Part shown: positions 55,254 through 63,872 of the stretch, in pieces | Layout: every line of letters starts with the position of its first letter | How positions within the stretch are numbered: position 1 is the first letter of the stretch | Source of the DNA: Candidatus Zixiibacteriota bacterium | GTDB lineage: Bacteria > Zixibacteria > MSB-5A5 > GN15 > JAAZOE01 | DNA: 64,000 nt | Reading direction: 5' to 3' | Assembly: GCA_023138975.1 (NCBI GenBank) | Contig: JAGLON010000006.1 | Location: 42,999-106,998 of the forward strand | The notes under the pieces: generated by a model | What the model was told of the DNA's origin: nothing | The model's database searches: none | Seen by the model: only the letters and a program-made list of their open reading frames with translations | Made by a program: the position numbers and the translations under genes

Positions 55254-56156
55254 CTAATATAACCGCTCCCTCTTTGCCAAAAAGGCGTACAACGCTTTAT
55301 CGAACGGCGTCGAGGTATCTATCATATGATAATCGGCGCGAGCCTGACGGCATTCGGCCGAGATCTTACTCGTCACCGCCTCAAACTGTTTCTGATAATC
55401 TTTCTTTATCTGCCACGGCAGAGTCGTGATTTTCTCGCCCGTTTCCATATCTTCAAAAATAGCCTCTCCGCCGAAAGCAAAATCCCGTTCGCGAGGATCC
55501 AGCACATGAAAGACGATAACCTCGTGATTGCGATGCCGGAAATGCTTGATACCGGAAATGATCTTATCCGGATCATCGAATAAATCTGAAATAATAATGA
55601 CCAGTCCCCGGCGTTTGATTCTCTCTGCCATTTCATGCAGAGGTACAGCGATATCGGTTGTCGATTCGGTCGTCAGGTCGGAAAAATGTTTTAATAATTG
55701 ATGCATATGCCCTGAAGCTGACCGGGGTGGTATATATTGATTTATCTTGTCGGCAAACGTCACCAGTCCGACAGCGTCACGCTGTTTTATCATCAGATAC
55801 GACAGTGAGGCAGCCAGCGTCAGAGCATAGTCAAACTTATTCTGGCGATTTTTATCCGATGAATACCCCATCGAGGCGGAACAATCCAACAACAGATACG
55901 CCTTGAGGTTGGTTTCCTCCTCGTACTGTTTGATATAAAACCGGTCGGACTTGGCGTAAACTTTCCAGTCGATATCCCGGATAGAATCGCCCGGCATATA
56001 CTGACGATGTTCGGCAAACTCGACCGAGAAACCGTGATATGGCGACTTGTGCATCCCGGCAATGAATCCTTCGACGACCATCCGCGCCTTGAGTTCCATG
56101 CCTTTGAGTTTTGACACAGTATCGGGACTTAAATATTTTCTATAATCTGTTGGCAT
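55254..56156 (-). CDS. DUF58 (vWA-like) protein, the usual MoxR partner
   Basis: HRQYMPGDSIRDIDWKVYAKSDRFYIKQYEEE is the DUF58 signature, followed by a vWA-like LLLDCSASM. Confidence 0.85.
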   Translation of the reverse strand: MPTDYRKYLSPDTVSKLKGMELKARMVVEGFIAGMHKSPYHGFSVEFAEHRQYMPGDSIRDIDWKVYAKSDRFYIKQYEEETNLKAYLLLDCSASMGYSSDKNRQNKFDYALTLAASLSYLMIKQRDAVGLVTFADKINQYIPPRSASGHMHQLLKHFSDLTTESTTDIAVPLHEMAERIKRRGLVIIISDLFDDPDKIISGIKHFRHRNHEVIVFHVLDPRERDFAFGGEAIFEDMETGEKITTLPWQIKKDYQKQFEAVTSKISAECRQARADYHMIDTSTPFDKALYAFLAKRERLY

Positions 56157-56224
56157 AATTGTTTACTCTTCAGTTTCAATTATCATGTCATCTAATCTAC
56201 AACCTAAGAGGGAGCGTTCCCTTT

Positions 56225-56327
56225 GTCATTCCCGAGAACGAAGTGAGTCGGGAATCCAGAACAGAGACAGATCAATCGCTGCACTGGATTCCCGCAACGA
56301 CCCTGCCGGGTCCTGCGCGGGAATGAC
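56225..56327. repeat. Two adjacent GGGAAT-type hairpin modules
   Basis: gtcattcccgagaacgaagtgagtcgggaatccag (56225-56259) and ctggattcccgcaacgaccctgccgggtcctgcgcgggaatgac (56284-56327). Confidence 0.75.
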
Positions 56328-56403
56328 GATGACTAATAATATAGTCGACATGGGTCAATAGTAGGTTCTTCCTCCGGTCCGAGCTTCATCCCCGAAACAG
56401 GGT

Positions 56404-57366
56404 TCAACCCCTGTCGTCAAATATCCCCAATTCTATTGTGCCGTCCGCCAGCATTGAACCTCGGTACATGCCCTTACAGTTGAACGGCATCGCAATATTT
56501 CCCTGTCGGTCAATCGCAATCACGCCGCCCGAACCGCCAAGCTCGAAAAACTTTTCCATGACGACCACATCAGCCGCCTCGGACAAGGACAAACCTTTAT
56601 ACTCCATCAATGCCGAAATATCATAAGAAACCATCCCGCGCATGATATATTCACCGACTCCGGTTGCCGACACCGCGCAAGTCTTATTATCGGCATAGGT
56701 TCCGGCCCCAATCATCGGCGTATCCCCGATTCGTCCGTGGCGTTTGTTGGTCATGCCTCCGGTGGAAGTTGCCGCGGCGACATTGCCATACTCATCGACC
56801 GCAACCGCTCCGACTGTTCCCATCTTACTGTTTTCATTGTCATCGGAATGGTCGAGCTGGGTGTGAGCGGTGGCATCTTTCTTTTCCTTCGCCAAAGCAA
56901 ACTCAAGCTGTTTCCGGCGAAAATCGGTATCAAAATAACTCTGGTCGGCTACTAACTCCATACCGTTGGCAACCGCAAACTTTTCCGCGCCATCTCCGGC
57001 TAACAGAACGTGCGGACTTTTTTCTAAGACTAACCGAGCCAGCGTTATCGGGCTCTTTACCCGTTTCACGGCCGCAACGGCGCCGACATTCTTAGTTGCT
57101 CCGTCACAGATACAGGCGTCTTGTTCATGTCCGCCATCATGAGTAAAAACAGCACCAACCCCGGCATTGAACAGCGGATTGTTTTCCATTGCTACGACTG
57201 AAGCAATGACCGCATCCATCGAAGTCCCACCGCCTTTTAGTATCTCATAGCCAGCAGTCAACGATTCTTTCAGGCCAACAAGATAGGCTTTTTCTTTTTC
57301 CGGCGTCATGGACGTGCGGAGTATCGTCCCCGCCCCACCGTGTATGGCAATAGCACAGTTTGACAT
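56404..57366 (-). CDS. iaaA: Isoaspartyl peptidase / L-asparaginase (Ntn hydrolase)
   Basis: AIAIHGGAGT, the autoprocessing site GTVGAVAVD (Thr nucleophile), and GAGTYADN. Confidence 0.9.
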   Translation of the reverse strand: MSNCAIAIHGGAGTILRTSMTPEKEKAYLVGLKESLTAGYEILKGGGTSMDAVIASVVAMENNPLFNAGVGAVFTHDGGHEQDACICDGATKNVGAVAAVKRVKSPITLARLVLEKSPHVLLAGDGAEKFAVANGMELVADQSYFDTDFRRKQLEFALAKEKKDATAHTQLDHSDDNENSKMGTVGAVAVDEYGNVAAATSTGGMTNKRHGRIGDTPMIGAGTYADNKTCAVSATGVGEYIMRGMVSYDISALMEYKGLSLSEAADVVVMEKFFELGGSGGVIAIDRQGNIAMPFNCKGMYRGSMLADGTIELGIFDDRG

Positions 57367-57372
57367 GATAAG

Positions 57373-58548
57373 TTAATCGCCAATTATTAGTTTTAAATCT
57401 TTCTTTACTGATTCAGAAAGTGGCTCATTATTTAGAATGTATCTGCAATAATCTTTAACAAGGACATATTGACTACAATTGGATTCCAGTGACCATTTTG
57501 CCGCTGTATACCATGCTCCTTTATTGGCGCGAAGCGCAGCTTCTTTTGATTTATCTGATTTCTCATAGTTTTCTAAATCAGGTAAGAATTCAGAGAATTG
57601 CAAGGCGTTAACCAATTGCAATATTGGATCATATGCACCACTGGCAAAAAACTTAGTCCATTGAATATCTAAATGTGAAGCACTTTCTATTTCATTATCA
57701 TTAAAAGGATTATCCATAGTTTTTAGATAATCGACATACTCAATTTCCTCAGATGGAAGTTTGCTATAAAATTCCTTGGCATCATAGTTCAGATAAGATA
57801 ATAGATATAGAATAGTTAACTTGCCAATTTCCTGCCGGGTCGCATAGAGCTCGAGTAATTCTGGAATGAGAAATTCGTTGTTATTAAAGACTTCGATAAA
57901 GAAACTGTTGAATGGTAAATAAAACGACTCCGGAAGCTCACCGGCAGACATTTGTAAAAAAACCTCAAGCGCTTGGAGCGGGTCTGGACTAATATAATAA
58001 CTCTGCATCCAATCGCTCATTTCACTCATCTCAGACATTGCCATATCGACTCGCTTGAAATTACTAAGCGTAATTTTGGTCTTCAACTCTTTCTGTTTTT
58101 TTGCAATCTTATCCTTGAGTGTTATAAATATTTTGTACGTACCCAACTCATCATCATTTTCAAAATCGGCTTCAATGTTTGTAATACTTAACAAGGTGTG
58201 TAATGGTTTCATCACCTTGCCATTGAACACCTTAACATTGGTTCCACCAAAATACGTTTTTCCACTCGGGGCAATAATTTTTACATCCATCACCACATCG
58301 GCTATGGTATCGGCATTGACTGAATAACCACTAAATAGAGTATAGATCGTATAATTTTGTTTATGAGCAACTGTACCTGCTGATGAAAGCATCGGCATAG
58401 CCTCACCTTGGGTATTGCGCCATTTATCAAAAAAACCGTAATCTAAAGATGCAGCAACGATACCGTCGATTGCGACGGCACTACCAACAGTTAACCCGAA
58501 AAGAAGCAGTGTAAAAAAGAAGACGAATGATTTAAACCCATTTAGCAT
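57373..58548 (-). CDS. Secreted hypothetical protein (beta-rich N-terminal half, helical C-terminal half)
   Basis: Start moved to ATG 58548 (GGGAGA-acaa-ATG), giving MLNGFKSFVFFFTLLLFGLTVGSAVA. GC is lower than in neighbouring genes (sample lines 28-40%). The track start at 58605 lies inside a repeat module. Confidence 0.6.
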   Translation of the reverse strand: MLNGFKSFVFFFTLLLFGLTVGSAVAIDGIVAASLDYGFFDKWRNTQGEAMPMLSSAGTVAHKQNYTIYTLFSGYSVNADTIADVVMDVKIIAPSGKTYFGGTNVKVFNGKVMKPLHTLLSITNIEADFENDDELGTYKIFITLKDKIAKKQKELKTKITLSNFKRVDMAMSEMSEMSDWMQSYYISPDPLQALEVFLQMSAGELPESFYLPFNSFFIEVFNNNEFLIPELLELYATRQEIGKLTILYLLSYLNYDAKEFYSKLPSEEIEYVDYLKTMDNPFNDNEIESASHLDIQWTKFFASGAYDPILQLVNALQFSEFLPDLENYEKSDKSKEAALRANKGAWYTAAKWSLESNCSQYVLVKDYCRYILNNEPLSESVKKDLKLIIGD

Positions 58549-58574
58549 TTGTTCTCCCATCCCTGTACGAGCAA

Positions 58575-58785
58575 GTGTCAAGATCACAGGCCACACTACC
58601 CACACAGTGGGTGATTCTTGACCTACTTTTCTGACAATGCCTTTATAGTAATTGGTGCAAGCATTTCTAACTCAACTTGTAGGTCAAAACCCCCGTGGTT
58701 TTGACAATCTCACGAAGCGCGAACAAGAATGTCGAAACCGCAGGCTATAGTGCCGACGTAGTAGGTAGGTTCGACCTACAAACCG
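58575..58785. repeat. Mosaic cluster of REP/BIME-like hairpin modules
   Basis: The cluster contains gtcaagatcac[...CCCACacaGTGGG]tgattcttgac, GTAGGTCAAAACCcccgtGGTTTTGAC, GTCGAAACCgcaggCTATAG and GTAGGTAGGTTCGACCTAC, the same module families as 36043-36298 and 37975-38280. Confidence 0.75.
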
Positions 58786-58795
58786 GAAAGGGAGT

Positions 58796-59800
58796 TCATC
58801 CCCCCTTTTCTTTCACAGTTTCCAACAGTTTACTAATAATCGCGATGGAGTCAATCCCTTCGGCCTCAGCATTGAACGAGGTCACGATGCGATGACGTAA
58901 AACCGGAATCGCCGCAAACTTAACATCCTCAACCGACGGCGTCGGACGGCCATCCAAAATTGCTCGAGTCTTAGCCGCGAGAATCAAATATTGTCCGGCT
59001 CGAGGTCCTGCTCCCCATGATACCCAGTTTTTAACGAAGTCAAGGGAATCGGTTTCTTTGGGACGAGTCGCACGAGCTAATCTGACAGCATACGAGACAA
59101 GATGATCAGAAACCGGAACAGTTCTTACTAAATTCTGCAAGTTTATAATCTGCCCAGCATCAAGAACTTTTTCCAGTTTCGCCGTCGGAGCCGCCGTCGT
59201 TGTCATCACGATTTCCTCTTCCTCGCTCTGAGACGGGTAATCGACGAAAATATTGAACATGAACCGATCTAACTGCGCCTCTGGAAGTGGATAGGTGCCT
59301 TCCTGCTCGATGGGATTCTGAGTCGCAAGGACAAAAAATGGCTCTTCGAGCTTATACGTCCTACCGGCTGCTGTCACTTCATGCTCCTGCATCGCCTGCA
59401 ACAAAGCAGCCTGAGTTTTTGGAGGTGTCCGGTTTATTTCATCGGCCAGGATTATATTAGCAAAGACGGGGCCTTTGACAAACTTAAAACCGCGGCTGCC
59501 GGAGGTCTGGTCCTGTTCTATGATTTCCGTACCGGTTATATCCGAAGGCATTAAATCCGGCGTAAATTGAATGCGATTAAATTTCAGATCCATTATTTCA
59601 GCTAGAGTCGATATTAAAAGCGTCTTGGCTAGGCCAGGAACACCAACCAACAGGCAGTGTCCGCGTGCCAATAGAACGATAAGAAGCTGTTCTACAACAT
59701 CTTGCTGCCCAATAATGATTTTACCAATTTCAGCTTTTATGCGAGCGTAAGAATCCTGTAATTGACCCAGAGCCTCAGCCTCACCGGATGACGAACTCAT
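58796..59800 (-). CDS. moxR: MoxR-family AAA+ ATPase
   Basis: Walker A GVPGLAKT, Walker B ILADEINR, and the typical MoxR C-terminal lid (...AGPRAGQYLILAAKTRAILDGR...). Confidence 0.9.
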   Translation of the reverse strand: MSSSSGEAEALGQLQDSYARIKAEIGKIIIGQQDVVEQLLIVLLARGHCLLVGVPGLAKTLLISTLAEIMDLKFNRIQFTPDLMPSDITGTEIIEQDQTSGSRGFKFVKGPVFANIILADEINRTPPKTQAALLQAMQEHEVTAAGRTYKLEEPFFVLATQNPIEQEGTYPLPEAQLDRFMFNIFVDYPSQSEEEEIVMTTTAAPTAKLEKVLDAGQIINLQNLVRTVPVSDHLVSYAVRLARATRPKETDSLDFVKNWVSWGAGPRAGQYLILAAKTRAILDGRPTPSVEDVKFAAIPVLRHRIVTSFNAEAEGIDSIAIISKLLETVKEKGG

Positions 59801-59923
59801 ATACCCTCCAGTCCGAAAGTAAATTTCTAAAAAAGAGGTAATTCACCTACAAAAAGGGATAAAAATCACCCCCTTAGATATGATAGTGGGCAAATCGACC
59901 TAACTCTATCAGGGAGTTACAAT

Positions 59924-60023
59924 TGTGGATAAATGCTTTATTGAGCCTTTATCAATAATGGCATAACCACAAGGAAAATAATAAGTTACAAGCTTATCCA
60001 CAAATCGGAAAAGTTTATCAACA
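59924..60023. promoter_or_regulatory. DnaA-box cluster (candidate oriC element or DnaA-controlled region)
   Basis: Two perfect boxes in inverted orientation: TGTGGATAA (59924-59932) and TTATCCACA (59994-60002). There are also TTATCAACA (60015-60023, 1 mismatch), TTATCAATA (59949-59957, 2 mismatches) and ATAACCACA (59963-59971, 2 mismatches). Confidence 0.5.
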
Positions 60024-60026
60024 ATA

Positions 60027-60458
60027 TTACTTGGCCGCCTCAGGTTTGTCTTTTCGAACCTTCTCGGCTGCTCCGGCGTAACTGTTTGAAACAGTAACGT
60101 TTTCCTTCATATTACAGGAGCCGCAAAAGAGAGCTCCCTGCTCGATCACCAATGATTTTGTCTTCAAATCACCGGTTATCTCAGCTTTGGCTTGTAGCTC
60201 CACTTTCTCTGTGGCAATGATATTGCCCGAGACTTTACCGGAAATAGAGGCATTTCTGCAATTGACTTCGGCTTCAATGTTGCCTTCGACGCCAATAGTC
60301 ACGGTTTCTTCGCAATTGACCTTACCTTTGATCTTGCCGTCAATGCGTAGTGGTCCCTTGACATCAATCGTTCCGGTAATAGTGGTGTCCTTACCGATAA
60401 TGGTGCTAATCTTTCCGTCCATTGTTGACTCTTCTTTTTTACTTGGTTTAATTTTCAT
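60027..60458 (-). CDS. Bactofilin
   Basis: Repetitive beta-helical DUF583-type sequence (TITGTIDVKGPLRIDGKIKGKVNCEETVTIGVEGNIEAEVNCRNASISGKVSGNI...). Confidence 0.85.
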   Translation of the reverse strand: MKIKPSKKEESTMDGKISTIIGKDTTITGTIDVKGPLRIDGKIKGKVNCEETVTIGVEGNIEAEVNCRNASISGKVSGNIIATEKVELQAKAEITGDLKTKSLVIEQGALFCGSCNMKENVTVSNSYAGAAEKVRKDKPEAAK

Positions 60459-61227
60459 AAATAAAATACTTTATAGGATTAACGGCTTCGCCGTTGACTC
60501 TTATTTCATAGTGCAAATGAGGAGCGCTGCTGTTACCGGTATTGCCGGAAAGCGCTATCTGCTGCCCGGCTAATATCGTATCTCCCACTCGCACCGTTAA
60601 TTGACTGTTGTGTCCATAGACTGTCTCTATCGTGTCGTTGTTTTTTACTACCATCATATAACCATATTCTTTATCAGTCCCGGCATAGGTAACAACCCCG
60701 TACGCGGTAGAATATACCGGAGTCCCTATGGCCATTGCAAGATCCACTCCCAAATGAACCTTCCCCGGAATTTCAGAAAAACCGCGGGTAATCCATCCGG
60801 TTGCCGGAAGTCCGTCAGGTATCGGAGACGACGCCGGTAAAGTACGGGAAAGCGATCCGGGGCGTGTTCCGGTATGCGTTTCCAAAAAACTATCACCCTC
60901 ACCATATAAATCGGCCAGAAGCACAGAATCTAAACCAGCCATGCCAGCTATCTCTGCCATTAATTGACGTGTGTCGAGCAGAGATTGTTCCAGTATCTGG
61001 ACTTTATATTGATATTTTCTTAATGACTCGTTTTCTTCGGTCAAACGCCCTGCATCTGCTGCCCGTCCGATTAGTTCATAATACGTTGCAATATATGCAA
61101 CTGGAGCGATAATCACCAATATGGCTAAAACTAAGAAAGTGCGATACAACCAAACCGGAACACGGTAGCGTTTCGGCTCGGCTTCATCATCCGGCACAAT
61201 CATGAATGTGATATATTTTGAACCCAT
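60448..61227 (-). CDS. M23-family (LytM-type) metallopeptidase with an N-terminal TM segment and coiled coil
   Basis: HLGVDLA, YGHNS and PHLHYEI metal-ligand motifs. It overlaps the bactofilin start by 11 nt. Confidence 0.85.
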   Translation of the reverse strand: MGSKYITFMIVPDDEAEPKRYRVPVWLYRTFLVLAILVIIAPVAYIATYYELIGRAADAGRLTEENESLRKYQYKVQILEQSLLDTRQLMAEIAGMAGLDSVLLADLYGEGDSFLETHTGTRPGSLSRTLPASSPIPDGLPATGWITRGFSEIPGKVHLGVDLAMAIGTPVYSTAYGVVTYAGTDKEYGYMMVVKNNDTIETVYGHNSQLTVRVGDTILAGQQIALSGNTGNSSAPHLHYEIRVNGEAVNPIKYFIYEN

Positions 61228-61229
61228 CG

Positions 61230-62075
61230 CTATGACAATCGCCGCATCAGATCAAGAAGACGATTCAAATCCTCATCACCGTAATATTCAACTTCTATCT
61301 TACCTTTTTTCAAACCAGGTATTATTTTTACCGACGTGCCCAGCAAATGTTTCAAAAATGTTTCGGCTTCCTCGATCCCCGGAGGTTTTCTTTTAACAAC
61401 CAGCTTACGGCGCTTAGATTTTCTCGCAAGCCCCTCAGCTTGACGCACTGACATAGTTTCGGATAAAATCCGCTGCGCCATACGATCGCGCATCCCATCA
61501 TCAGCCACCGATAGTAAGGCGCGAGCGTGACCCTCACTCAGTTTTCCTTCAGTAATTAGCTGCCTGATATTATCTGGGAGCGAAAGCAAGCGAAGCGTAT
61601 TGGCCACCGAAGCGCGATTCTTACCGACCCGTTCAGCCAATTGAACCTGAGTTAAACTGCATTGCTCTAATAAAGACTTGTAGGCTCGAGCCGTTTCTAT
61701 TGGGTTCAAATCCTCACGCTGAATATTTTCGATCAACGCCAGCTCCAGCATGCGAGTCTCATCCATATCATTCATCACCAACGCTGGTACACTTTCCATG
61801 TTCACCAGTTTAGCGGCGCGGAAGCGGCGCTCGCCGGCAATGAGTATGTAACCATCCCCGTCACGTTTAACTAAAATCGGCTGGAGCACGCCCTGCTTTT
61901 TCAAGGAGTCAGCCAGCTCTTTCAGCTTCTCTGTGTCAAATACCCGCCGTGGTTGAAATGGGTTCGGCGCTATTTTTGAAAGGGGAAGAGTTTTTAGTGA
62001 ACCATTAATTTTGTCATTTTTTTGTGAGGTGGGTATTAATGCGTCGAGACCTCGCCCCAATGCTAATTTAGCCAT
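61230..62075 (-). CDS. parB: Chromosome partitioning protein ParB (Spo0J)
   Basis: PNPFQPRRVFD, LQPILV and GERRFRAA box motifs, plus the HTH TQVQLAERVGKNRASVANTLRLL. Confidence 0.95.
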   Translation of the reverse strand: MAKLALGRGLDALIPTSQKNDKINGSLKTLPLSKIAPNPFQPRRVFDTEKLKELADSLKKQGVLQPILVKRDGDGYILIAGERRFRAAKLVNMESVPALVMNDMDETRMLELALIENIQREDLNPIETARAYKSLLEQCSLTQVQLAERVGKNRASVANTLRLLSLPDNIRQLITEGKLSEGHARALLSVADDGMRDRMAQRILSETMSVRQAEGLARKSKRRKLVVKRKPPGIEEAETFLKHLLGTSVKIIPGLKKGKIEVEYYGDEDLNRLLDLMRRLS

Positions 62076-62829
62076 TACTTATAATCTCCTTGGCCAGAGA
62101 AATATAGTTTTGCGCCCCGGTCGATAAAATATCATACAGGATTATCGGTTTGCCGAACGAGGGCGCTTCAGATAAACGAACGTTGCGGTTAATCGCAGTC
62201 GAATAAACTTTTTCAGGAAAGTACTTGCGTGTTTCCTCGGCCACCTGGCGTGAAAGGTTCAAACGTCCGTCGTACATCGTCAGAAGCACTCCCTCAATCT
62301 GCAGTTCGGGATTGAGATGCATCTGCACCAGATTTATAGAGTTCAATAACTGCCCCATACCCTCCAATGCATAGTATTCACATTGTATTGGTATAATAAC
62401 CGAGTCAGCCGCAGTGAGGGTGTTGAGCGTGAGAAGCCCGAGGGACGGCGGGCAGTCGATAATAATATATTCATAATTAGATAGTATGGGAGCTAATACT
62501 TCTTTCAATTTGTGCTCACGGGCCACCATCGGCACCAACTCAACCTCGGCCCCGACCAGACGGACATGCGACGGAAGCAACGACAAGTACGGCAACATCG
62601 TAGAAACAATGGCGTCGGCTGCGCTGGCATTGCCAATTAAAACTTCATACGCTGTGATATCGGTATCCTTGGCATAGCAGCCCAGTCCGCTCGATGTATT
62701 TGCTTGAGGATCCAGATCAACAATGAGAGTTTTCTTCTCGGCTGCTGCCAGGCACGATGACAGGTTGATTGCGGTCGTTGTTTTACCAACACCTCCCTTT
62801 TGGTTGGCTACCGCCATTATTTTTCCCAT
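62068..62829 (-). CDS. parA: Chromosome partitioning ATPase ParA (Soj)
   Basis: Deviant Walker A NQKGGVGKTTT, and ...IIDCPPSLG.... Confidence 0.95.
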   Translation of the reverse strand: MGKIMAVANQKGGVGKTTTAINLSSCLAAAEKKTLIVDLDPQANTSSGLGCYAKDTDITAYEVLIGNASAADAIVSTMLPYLSLLPSHVRLVGAEVELVPMVAREHKLKEVLAPILSNYEYIIIDCPPSLGLLTLNTLTAADSVIIPIQCEYYALEGMGQLLNSINLVQMHLNPELQIEGVLLTMYDGRLNLSRQVAEETRKYFPEKVYSTAINRNVRLSEAPSFGKPIILYDILSTGAQNYISLAKEIISNG

Positions 62830-62904
62830 TATACCTCGCTGTCGTTAACGTCCGTGTCAGAGTAGTAGAGTATTAAATAGTAAAACCGTTCGCAACTAAA
62901 ACTT

Positions 62905-63492
62905 TTAAAAAACATTAGCTCTTACAATAGTTCTGGATTCGAGGCTATCTATCGAGTATTCAACCAGTTTCGACTCCCCAAAGGAATTTCCTGGAAAGGC
63001 GGTTCCAAAATAAATCATTATCGTTTTATCGTGCGAGAGCGTTTTTATCTGTTTAATGAGCTTTTCCTCGAAGGCGACTCTACGTGATAGAATTAAGTCA
63101 AACTTCATATCCTGCGGTAGAGTTCGAACATCATCAGCGTGTACCGTAGCTTTTAATTCGAGACGATGAAGAAGCAAAGACAGAAAATCAGCCTTCTTGC
63201 GGGACCGTTCTGCCAAAGTAATATTGAGCTCCCTATTCGCCATCAAATAAATCAGAGCCGGAAGCCCCCATCCAGAGCCAATGTCGAGTATCTTCTCATT
63301 CTCTTCAGACAACCAGCCCAACTCAAAAGGGATCAGGCAATCGGCAACCAACAGTTCGAGATCTTTCCGTGTTAGATTTCTGGAGTAAAGTGAAAACTTG
63401 GCATTCGCCTTCCCAACCTCATTTAAATACAGATCGAGCTTCTCCCTGCTCACATATTTATCCAGCAACTCTCCGGAACTAAATTCTCTCAC
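62905..63492 (-). CDS. rsmG: 16S rRNA (guanine527-N7)-methyltransferase RsmG (GidB)
   Basis: ILDIGSGWGLPALI SAM motif, a length of about 195 aa, and a position between mnmG and parA. Confidence 0.85.
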   Translation of the reverse strand: MREFSSGELLDKYVSREKLDLYLNEVGKANAKFSLYSRNLTRKDLELLVADCLIPFELGWLSEENEKILDIGSGWGLPALIYLMANRELNITLAERSRKKADFLSLLLHRLELKATVHADDVRTLPQDMKFDLILSRRVAFEEKLIKQIKTLSHDKTIMIYFGTAFPGNSFGESKLVEYSIDSLESRTIVRANVF

Positions 63493-63504
63493 GACTCTCT
63501 CCTA

Positions 63505-63520
63505 TGTTTCACGTGAAACG
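63505..63520. promoter_or_regulatory. parS: parS centromere-like site
   Basis: TGTTTCACGTGAAACG matches the palindromic parS consensus TGTTTCACGTGAAACA at 15/16 positions, and lies 13 nt upstream of the rsmG start. Confidence 0.8.
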
Positions 63521-63743
63521 CCCGGAAGGGCGCTTTAAACTGTTTAGAAAATCTTACGAGAACATAGCGAGTTAGATTCTCTTAATCCCGCGTTTTAATG
63601 CGAGGATACGTAGTTGACCAAACTTTATGCCCCGTAAGTCCGGACGTCAAACCGCATGGTTTTAGTCACTTTCCTGTGTCCAACACGTCCTTATCTACGC
63701 CGCCTAACATCCTATCAACCAAACGCTTAATGTGACGTACAAA

Positions 63744-63783
63744 GTCATTGCGAGGAGCCCTGACAGGGGCGACGCGGCAATCT
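63744..63783. repeat. Hairpin repeat module GTCATTGCGAGGAGC...GGCGACGCGGCAATCT
   Basis: Its arms are homologous to those of 3081-3135. Confidence 0.6.
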
Positions 63784-63872
63784 TAGGGTGATTTTTCACC
63801 TGGCGATATCCATACTAAAGTTAGGCATCTGTTGTATTATACTTGATTAAAGTCGCTTACGGAAGAATAAAT

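Noticed and set aside
56664-57095. 143 aa plus-strand ORF, together with other ORFs inside iaaA.
   Set aside because: It lies antisense or out of frame within the well-supported isoaspartyl peptidase gene, and its sequence is Arg/Pro-rich and low-complexity.
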